Shown one piece after another: positions 1 through 6,368 of a DNA stretch of 64,000 nucleotides. Source of the DNA: Burkholderiaceae bacterium (GTDB taxonomy: Bacteria > Pseudomonadota > Gammaproteobacteria > Burkholderiales > Burkholderiaceae_E). Numbering within the stretch: position 1 is the first letter of the stretch; each line of letters opens with the position of its first letter. The notes under the pieces are model-generated. The model worked only from the letters and a program-made list of their open reading frames with translations. It did not search any database and was not told the DNA's origin. The DNA lies in assembly GCA_036525975.1 (NCBI GenBank), contig DATCZK010000001.1, forward strand, positions 5 through 64,004, written 5' to 3'. The position numbers and the translations under genes are program-made.

Positions 1-443
1 CCGCCGGCCAGGTTCGCCACCTGCGGCGTGGCGGTGCCCGCGCCGAGCAGCCCGCTGTTGACCGTGTACGGGTCGCGCCGCACCAACTCGCCGTAGGTGG
101 CCGAGAACATCCAGTTGCCCTGGCGCTTCCAGAGGAAGTCGAGCTCGCGCGCTTCGCCCAGCACGTCGGAGCCATTAAGGCGCGTCATCGTGCCGGTGTC
201 GTCGTTGCGCCGGTAATAGTCGAAGTCGAGCAGTCCGTAGCCGTCGCGCCGGCCCAGGCCGTTGTACTGGCCGAACTGCGCGCGGTCGGCCTTGTCGCCG
301 GACACGACGCCCACGCCGGCGCTCACCGAGGCCTCCATCACGCTCTCGTCGTCGTCCGCCGCGTGCGCGGGCCCGAAGGCCGCGACCAAGGCCAGGGCGA
401 GGATGGACTGGCGCAAACCAGGGTGCCGAACGATCGTTTTCAT
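1..443 (-). CDS. mtrB: MtrB/PioB-family decaheme-associated outer-membrane beta-barrel porin (N-terminal 147 codons; continues past the window edge)
   Basis: Absent from the ORF track because it is open at the edge. Reverse complement of 443..1 reads without a stop from ATG 443..441: MKTIVRHPGLRQSILALALVAAFGPAHA/ADDDESVMEASVSAGVGVVSGDKADRAQFGQYNGLGRRDGYGLLDFDYYRRNDDTG... It has a signal peptide followed by the GVG-VS-D..FG-Y-GL pattern I associate with MtrB/PioB porins. It starts 16 nt after the mtrA stop. Confidence 0.8.
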   Translation of the reverse strand, partial: MKTIVRHPGLRQSILALALVAAFGPAHAADDDESVMEASVSAGVGVVSGDKADRAQFGQYNGLGRRDGYGLLDFDYYRRNDDTGTMTRLNGSDVLGEARELDFLWKRQGNWMFSATYGELVRRDPYTVNSGLLGAGTATPQVANLAG

Positions 444-459
444 CGCTTCGCTCCCGTTC

Positions 460-1428
460 TCATCGGAACAACAGTTGCGGCGTCGGGTTCGTGGCCGACG
501 GATTGTTCGAGCCGTGAACCTGCGTGTGGCAGTTCATGCAGCTGCGCCCCTGCCACAGGTTGACGACGTTCTTGCCGCTGGAGAGCGCCCCCACCGCCGG
601 GGCCTGGCCCGCGCCCGGCGAGGTGAACACGCCCCTCTGCCCGGCCAGCGCGCCGACCTCGCCGGCCACGTGCGGCGTGTGGCACTGCTGGCACAGCATC
701 GGCGGGCGCGACGTGAGCAGCGCAGCGATCGAGCTGCCGTGCGGGTTGTGGCAATTGGAGCAGTCTTCCACGACCGGGTCGTGCTGGAACACGAAGGGCC
801 CGCGCTTCTCGGCGTGGCAGGTGTAGCAGGTGTCGTTGGCGCTGTCGCGCTTGACGAGCTTCGGGCCGGCCGAGCCGTGCACGTTGTGGCAATCGGCGCA
901 GGTCATCTTGCCTTCGGGAATCGGGTGGCGCGAGGGCTTGAGCACCTGCGCGCGCTGCTCCTTGTGGCAGTTGTAGCAGAGGTTCACCTGCCCGGCCTTG
1001 GTGAGCGCGCGGTCTTCGTTCGTGTGGATCCGGTGGCACGACGAGCACGCGACGTCCGCCGAGGCGTGCTGGCTGCCGCCCCAGAACGCGCGCTTGGCGT
1101 CCTTGTCGTGGCAGCTCATGCAGATCTCGCTGCGCTCGGCGGGCTGCGCGCCGCCGTTTCGGCTGAACACGACGTCGGGCTTGGGCCGCTTGCTCACGCC
1201 CTCGGGCTTGTCGATGTGCGTGGGGCTCGGGCCGTGGCACGACACGCAGGTGGGCGTGCGCTTGTCCTTCTTCACCGCGTGCGCGGTCTTGCTCCAGTCG
1301 GTGAGGTCGTCCTCGTCGTGGCACTCCACGCACTGCGCCGAGATCTCGGCGTTGGTGAGCGCCCACGCGGGCGAGCACAGCCCCGCGAGAACCAGGCCGA
1401 AGACTGCAAGTGCACCGTTGATTCGCAT
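460..1428 (-). CDS. mtrA: Periplasmic decaheme c-type cytochrome, MtrA/DmsE/MtoA/PioA family
   Basis: 322 aa with a signal peptide (..CSPAWA/LT). Exactly ten CXXCH motifs: CVECH, CVSCH, CMSCH, CSSCH, CYNCH, CADCH, CYTCH, CSNCH, CQQCH, CMNCH. Size and heme density match the MtrA family. It lies between the mtrC-like and mtrB-like genes. Confidence 0.93.
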   Translation of the reverse strand: MRINGALAVFGLVLAGLCSPAWALTNAEISAQCVECHDEDDLTDWSKTAHAVKKDKRTPTCVSCHGPSPTHIDKPEGVSKRPKPDVVFSRNGGAQPAERSEICMSCHDKDAKRAFWGGSQHASADVACSSCHRIHTNEDRALTKAGQVNLCYNCHKEQRAQVLKPSRHPIPEGKMTCADCHNVHGSAGPKLVKRDSANDTCYTCHAEKRGPFVFQHDPVVEDCSNCHNPHGSSIAALLTSRPPMLCQQCHTPHVAGEVGALAGQRGVFTSPGAGQAPAVGALSSGKNVVNLWQGRSCMNCHTQVHGSNNPSATNPTPQLLFR

Positions 1429-1498
1429 GCGAACCCCTCAAAAACAAGAAGACGGGGGCCGCACGAGCGCCCCCATCGGTGATGCCATCGCGTGCTTC

Positions 1499-4087
1499 TT
1501 ACTTCTGGCCGTGGACGATGTCCACACCCTTGAAGCTGCCGCTCGAGTGGCAATCCGCGCAGATCTCCTGCGTCTTCATGCTGTCTTTCTGCGACACGCT
1601 GCCGAAGTTCCCGAAGCCCGCGCCGCCGAAGCTCGCAACGTGCCCGATCGCCTTGGCCGAGTCGTGGCACGCCGTGCAGGTGGCCGCCTTGGGCGTGATC
1701 ACCACCCAGCTGAGCGGATCGGTCTTCGCCTTCAACGTGGCCGAATCGATCGGCTTGGACACGACCGCGCCCACCGGCCCGCGGTCGATCTTGTACGAGT
1801 TGTTCACGTGGCAGACGTTGCAGTTCAGCCCCACCCCCGGCCACGCCACCTCGGCGGCGTAGTTCTCCACGCCGGAGGCGAACGGGGTGCCGGCGAGCAC
1901 CGTGGGCGTCGTGAGCCAGGGCTCGAACAGCGTGCCGGCCGGTGCCGATACCGGGTTGTTGGCGCTGGTCGAGCTCACGGCCCCCGTGGCGGCGTCCGCG
2001 AGCAGGATGCCGTCCTTGCTGAACGGACCGGCGACCTTGTTGCCGTGCGTGAACGGGAACGCGCGCTTCGAATTGCCGTGGATGCCGTGGATCATCCGCT
2101 TGAACTGGTACGACTCGGAGAGCGTGAGGCCGTTCGTCATGATCGTGGACGACATCCGGTTCGGGTCGTGGCAGACCACGCAGGCCTCGACCGCGTTGCG
2201 CGCGCCGCCGTGGAAGGCGTTGGCCAGCGTGTTCGAGCCCGAGGTCGTGCCGAGCGCGCCGTGGCACACGTTGCACTTCTCGTTGCTGACGATCTCGCGG
2301 CGCGGGTTCAACGTGCCGCTGACCGCGAACTCCTTCGACGCGTTGCGCATCACGGTGTTCACATACTCGCGCGGCACCACCTCGGGCCGCGGGTCGGTGG
2401 CCCACTTCACCTCGAGCTTGGGCTCCTTGACCTGGCCCAGGCTCACCACGCGCGCGGTGCCCTGCACGACCATGTTCGGCGTGTCGTCGGGGATCGGGAT
2501 GGTGATCGTGTAGCGGTTGCTGCCGTCGTTCACGCCGTTGGCCGCATAGGCGTTCGCGCTGCTTCCGCCGATGTTGTAGGCGGTGTACTCGGTGACCGCG
2601 AGCGGCTGCCCGAGCATCGCCGGCCACGTGACGCGGAACTGCAGGTTGCCGAACTTCGTGTTCACGGCTCCGCTGGGCGGACGGCAGACGTTGGGCGCCG
2701 GGTAGGTGCAGTCGGGCGTGACCAGGTCGTACGCGGCGTTGCCGTTGGTGGGGTCGGAGACGAAGTACTTCACCGTAACGGAGCGACCCTTGCCGTCCGC
2801 CGTGTCGTTGAACACCACGCTCTCGATGTTCATCCGGTACTTGGCGGCGTTCTCCTCGTTCTGGTTCCAGTGCACGCGCTCGGACGACCACTTCGAGCCG
2901 ACGCCGTGGCAGAAAACGCAGTTCGCGTTCGTGAGGTCCTTGGCGACAGATCCGGGCCCGACGAGCGTCTCCGCGGCTGCCTTGTGGACCGTGTCCCAAT
3001 CAGAGCCGGCCTTGTTGGCGTGGCAGGTGAGGCACGCCTCCTTGCTCACCACCTTCTTCCAGTTGTCGCCCTGCGGCGTGGCCGGGTTCGAGCCGTCGTG
3101 GCACTTGGTGCAGTTGCGCAGGTCTTGCGGGAAGCCGACCTCGGCGTAGGGGTGCTTGCTGTCGCGGTAGCCCCAGATCGTGTAGTCCTCGCCGCCTTTG
3201 CCGTCGTCGAGCGCCTTCTTGAGCAGCCGGCCCGAGTGGATCTTGTGCACCATCGTGGCCATCGTGAGCACGTTGCCGCTCTCGGGGTCGGTGGTGCCGG
3301 GGTTGTGGCACATCACGCAATACTGGGTGTCCACGCGCCCGCCGCCGTGCAGCGCGAGCTTCTCGTGGCAGCCGTTGCACGACGACACGTCGGCCATCTT
3401 GCGCGTCTTGCCCGGGTCGGTCACGGCCACCGACTTGCCGCTGGCGTCGAAGGTCACGTCGAAGTAAGGGTTCACGCGCACCGTCTCGCCGGCGGCGTTC
3501 GTGTAGCTCAGCTGGATCGCGATCCGGTGCGTGCGGTTGGGCTCGAACACCGCGCCGTTGGTCTTGGTGGGATCGGTGACGTCGGTCTTGAAGGTGTAGG
3601 TGTAGTAACCGTCGTCGTTGTAGACGAGCGTGCCGCCGGAGTCGGTGGACGCCTGGCGCGCGGTGGCGAGCACCGGAGTGCCGCCTGGTCCGTAGCCGGC
3701 CTTGCCGGTGACCTCGTTCGAGACGTAGTTCACCCACTGGTCGGGGTTGCCGCCAGTGCCGGGCACGAGCTTGACCAACGCCAGGCGCGCGTTGCTCGTG
3801 GTGAGCGTCTTCACCACGGCGCCGTCGGAGAACACGGTGAAGTTCACCTGCGGCGGGCTGTTCACGACCACCGCGGGCACGCCGGCGTTCTGGAGAACGG
3901 TGAAGGGCGCCGCCGAGTTCTCGGCGCTGTCGTTCGCCAGGTTCGCCGCCGCCGCTGCGATCACTTCCTTGAGCGTGGTCGGATTCGGGGGGGGCGTCAC
4001 GGGGTCGCTGCTGCCGCCCCCGCCGCAGGCCGCCAGGCTCAACGCGATCGCCAGTGGAAGACCGAACCTCAGGATTGCCGACTTCAT
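1499..4087 (-). CDS. mtrC: Decaheme c-type cytochrome lipoprotein, OmcA/MtrC-like (outer-surface terminal reductase type)
   Basis: Start taken at the internal MKSAILRFGLPLAIALSLAAC (lipobox LAAC followed by GGGGSS), giving 862 aa. Ten CXXCH motifs fall in two blocks of five (residues about 237-394 and 605-847). They are separated by a roughly 210-aa heme-free stretch and preceded by a roughly 215-aa heme-free N-terminal domain, which is the four-domain MtrC/OmcA layout. A Cys pair (DCTYPAPNVC) sits in the central heme-free domain. Confidence 0.8.
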   Translation of the reverse strand: MKSAILRFGLPLAIALSLAACGGGGSSDPVTPPPNPTTLKEVIAAAAANLANDSAENSAAPFTVLQNAGVPAVVVNSPPQVNFTVFSDGAVVKTLTTSNARLALVKLVPGTGGNPDQWVNYVSNEVTGKAGYGPGGTPVLATARQASTDSGGTLVYNDDGYYTYTFKTDVTDPTKTNGAVFEPNRTHRIAIQLSYTNAAGETVRVNPYFDVTFDASGKSVAVTDPGKTRKMADVSSCNGCHEKLALHGGGRVDTQYCVMCHNPGTTDPESGNVLTMATMVHKIHSGRLLKKALDDGKGGEDYTIWGYRDSKHPYAEVGFPQDLRNCTKCHDGSNPATPQGDNWKKVVSKEACLTCHANKAGSDWDTVHKAAAETLVGPGSVAKDLTNANCVFCHGVGSKWSSERVHWNQNEENAAKYRMNIESVVFNDTADGKGRSVTVKYFVSDPTNGNAAYDLVTPDCTYPAPNVCRPPSGAVNTKFGNLQFRVTWPAMLGQPLAVTEYTAYNIGGSSANAYAANGVNDGSNRYTITIPIPDDTPNMVVQGTARVVSLGQVKEPKLEVKWATDPRPEVVPREYVNTVMRNASKEFAVSGTLNPRREIVSNEKCNVCHGALGTTSGSNTLANAFHGGARNAVEACVVCHDPNRMSSTIMTNGLTLSESYQFKRMIHGIHGNSKRAFPFTHGNKVAGPFSKDGILLADAATGAVSSTSANNPVSAPAGTLFEPWLTTPTVLAGTPFASGVENYAAEVAWPGVGLNCNVCHVNNSYKIDRGPVGAVVSKPIDSATLKAKTDPLSWVVITPKAATCTACHDSAKAIGHVASFGGAGFGNFGSVSQKDSMKTQEICADCHSSGSFKGVDIVHGQK

Positions 4088-4200
4088 TGTGTTCTCTCTG
4101 GTTCCATCACACACACAAAGCGGCCGGATCGTCTCCGGCCGCCGCTGGTTCCGCGCGTACGGCGCGAGCTACTTCATCGTTCGACTCCCGCCCCGCATCG

Positions 4201-4830
4201 CTACTGCAGGCTGGCTCTTGGCTGCGACCCCGCCACCGGCACGCGCGGGATCTTCAGCCGCTCGCGCAGCTCGACCGGTCCGTCGCCCTCGGGCTCGGTA
4301 TGGGCGATGCCGTAGTGGCACTCGATGCAGGTCCAGCCCTCGGCGCGCGCCTTGGCGTGCCGCGTCTGCGCCTTCTCGGTCTGCTTCTCCTTGTCCATCT
4401 TCTCGAAGGTGTGGCAGTTGCGGCACTCGAGCGAGTCGGTCTCGAGCATGCGCACCCAGACGCGCTCGGCGAGCATCGCACGGTGCGCGTCGTACTTCTC
4501 CTTCGTGTCGATCACGCCGCGAATGTGGCCGATGACCTCGAAGGTGGCGCGCATCTTGCGCAAGATGAGCGGCACCGGCTCGTGCGGCACGTGGCAGTCC
4601 GTGCAGATCGCGCGCACCCCGGTGCGGTTCGTGTCGTGGACGGTGCCGCGGTACTCCTTGTAGGGGTTGTCGCGCATCTCGTGGCAGCCGATGCAGAACT
4701 CCTCGGTGCTGGTCACGGCGAGGCCGTAGGCCCCGCCGATCGCCATCAGCATCGCGGCGAACAGGCCGGCCACCCCGAGGCCGAGGTAGAGCTTCCACTT
4801 GCGGCGTGGGGAGGCCGTTGGAGATGCCAT
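4201..4830 (-). CDS. cymA: NapC/NirT/CymA-family membrane-anchored tetraheme cytochrome c (quinol dehydrogenase)
   Basis: 209 aa. N-terminal transmembrane helix (KLYLGLGVAGLFAAMLMAIGGAYGL). Four CXXCH motifs (CIGCH, CTDCH, CRNCH, CIECH) with NapC/NirT-like spacing. Confidence 0.85.
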   Translation of the reverse strand: MASPTASPRRKWKLYLGLGVAGLFAAMLMAIGGAYGLAVTSTEEFCIGCHEMRDNPYKEYRGTVHDTNRTGVRAICTDCHVPHEPVPLILRKMRATFEVIGHIRGVIDTKEKYDAHRAMLAERVWVRMLETDSLECRNCHTFEKMDKEKQTEKAQTRHAKARAEGWTCIECHYGIAHTEPEGDGPVELRERLKIPRVPVAGSQPRASLQ

Positions 4831-4892
4831 CGTCGAACCTCGATCTGGGTCGGTACCGGTTCACCCCGCGCCGCGAACCGCGGCGCGCGGAA

Positions 4893-5228
4893 TCAGCGCG
4901 AGAGGATGTACTCGATCACGTTCTTGATCGCCGCCTCGTCCTTGGTCTTCATGATCGCGTGCTTCTCTTCCTTGCCGTCGACCTTGATCGTGGGGCCGGT
5001 GGTGAGGTGCTTGTGCAGCTTCGCCGCGGCGTCGGGCTTGCCCTTCAACTCGGCGGCCGTTTCCTTGTAGGCGGGGCCGTCTTTCTTCTTGTCGGCCGAG
5101 TGGCACTTCGTGCACTTCTCTTTCTTGAGCAGCGCGGTGGCCGCTTCCTCGTCGACCGCGGCGTTGGCGGTGTTGGACAACACGAACAGCGCCGCGGCGG
5201 CTGCCGTGAGCATATGCACTGCTTTCAT
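4893..5228 (-). CDS. Periplasmic monoheme class I cytochrome c (c551/c552-like)
   Basis: Only the last 111 codons of track ORF 4893..6254 look real: MKAVHMLTAAAAALFVLSNTANA/AVDEE..KCTKCHSADKKKDGPAYKETAAELKGK... It has a signal peptide and a single CXXCH. The CH..(K)GPAYK..AAK pattern is shared with Pseudomonas cytochrome c551. ATG at 5228..5226. Confidence 0.8.
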   Translation of the reverse strand: MKAVHMLTAAAAALFVLSNTANAAVDEEAATALLKKEKCTKCHSADKKKDGPAYKETAAELKGKPDAAAKLHKHLTTGPTIKVDGKEEKHAIMKTKDEAAIKNVIEYILSR

Positions 5229-5351
5229 CTGCTTCTCCCGTGTTATTCGGTTCGATGGGCGTGGGCCCACGATTCGGCCCAAGGGTACCTGAACGACGCG
5301 CTCCGTCAACGAGCGCGCGCCCGAATTCAGACCATGTTGCATCGCGCGAAC

Positions 5352-5392
5352 AATATGACAAATCGGCAAATTCTCAAATTGACAAGTATCAA
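5352..5392 (-). promoter_or_regulatory. FNR/Anr-type box plus -10 element (class II geometry) upstream of the cytochrome operon
   Basis: On the gene strand: TTGATACTTGTCAA (5392..5379; consensus TTGAT-N4-ATCAA, one mismatch), then 21 nt, then CATATT (5357..5352). It lies in the only clearly AT-richer gap of the region (5229..5449), about 150 nt upstream of the ATG at 5228. Confidence 0.45.
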
Positions 5393-5449
5393 TGCGCCGC
5401 CCGCCTGCCGCGGGGTATGAGAGGCGCCTGCCCGTGTCGACAAGGGCCC

Positions 5450-6358
5450 TCAGCCGCGCACCGCGTGTTCCGGCGGCGCGACCGGCTCCACCGTCACGCG
5501 CACGTCGAGCCGCTGCTCGTCGCCGCCGCGCACCACGCCGCGCAGCGGCGGCACGTCGCGGTAGTCGCGCCCCCACGCGAGGGTGACGAACTCGAGGTCG
5601 GCGAGCTTCGCGTTGGTGGGGTCGGCGTCCACCCAGCCCAGCCCCGGGCACCAGGCCGAGACCCACGCGTGCGACGCGTCGGCCCCGACCAGACGCGGCT
5701 TGCCCGGCGGGGGCGTGGTGAGGATGTAGCCGCTCACGTAGCGCGCCGGCAAGCCGAGCGAGCGCAGCGCGCTCACCATCAGGTGCGCGAAGTCCTGGCA
5801 CACCCCGCGCCGGTTCTCGAGCAGCGTCGTGACCGGCGTGGACACGGTGGTGGCGACCGGGTCGAACTCGAACTCGCCGTGGATCAGCCGCGCAAGGCCC
5901 TGCAGGGCCTGCAGCCAGGGCCGGCCGGGCTCGAACGCGCGCCGGCCGAATTCGGCGGCGCCGGGCAGCAGCGGCGCGAACGGCGAGGGCGCGAGGTACT
6001 GGGCCAGCTCGTAGCGCCGTGCGTGAGGTCCCCCGGCGGCATCGTCGCAGACGATCTCCCAGGGGGGCGAAACGGCGCCGGACGCCGGCGCGCGCGCGGC
6101 CACCTCCACCAGCGACCGCGCCCGCACCAGCAGCACGTCGTGCGGCCGGGCCACCAGGAAGCGCCTGAGCGGATTGCCGAAGTAGTCGAGCGAGCGCTCG
6201 ATCTCCGAAGGCTGGGGTTCGACCTCGAGGCTGTGCTCGAGCAACCGCTGCCACACGGTTGCGCGTGGCTCGAGGTGCACGAGTTGCCAGGCGTGCACGA
6301 CCGACGACTCGTAGTGGTACTCGGTTTCGTGCGTCACCTGATAGCGCGCGCCGGCCAT
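5450..6358 (-). CDS. Transglutaminase-family protein (Bact_transglu_N plus transglutaminase core)
   Basis: 302 aa. It begins MAGARYQVTHETEYHYESSV, the typical N-terminal transglutaminase-associated domain. The core carries catalytic-type Cys/His/Asp motifs: RRGVCQDFAHLMVSALRSLGLPARYVSGY ... SHAWVSAW.PGLGWVDADPTN. Confidence 0.9.
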   Translation of the reverse strand: MAGARYQVTHETEYHYESSVVHAWQLVHLEPRATVWQRLLEHSLEVEPQPSEIERSLDYFGNPLRRFLVARPHDVLLVRARSLVEVAARAPASGAVSPPWEIVCDDAAGGPHARRYELAQYLAPSPFAPLLPGAAEFGRRAFEPGRPWLQALQGLARLIHGEFEFDPVATTVSTPVTTLLENRRGVCQDFAHLMVSALRSLGLPARYVSGYILTTPPPGKPRLVGADASHAWVSAWCPGLGWVDADPTNAKLADLEFVTLAWGRDYRDVPPLRGVVRGGDEQRLDVRVTVEPVAPPEHAVRG

Positions 6359-6368
6359 CCCACCCCCT

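Noticed and set aside
998-4315. 1105-aa plus-strand ORF, and the other long ORFs overlapping mtrA/mtrC (262..1482, 1272..2999, 3000..3737)
   Set aside because: The minus-strand frames carry 10+10 CXXCH motifs, a signal peptide and a lipobox. The competing frames have none and are compositionally degenerate.
4893-6254. 453-aa track ORF that would fuse the monoheme cytochrome to upstream sequence
   Set aside because: The upstream 340 codons are antisense-like Arg/Ala-rich sequence overlapping the transglutaminase gene frame and the AT-rich promoter gap. A clean signal peptide starts at MKAVHML (5228), so only 4893..5228 is called.
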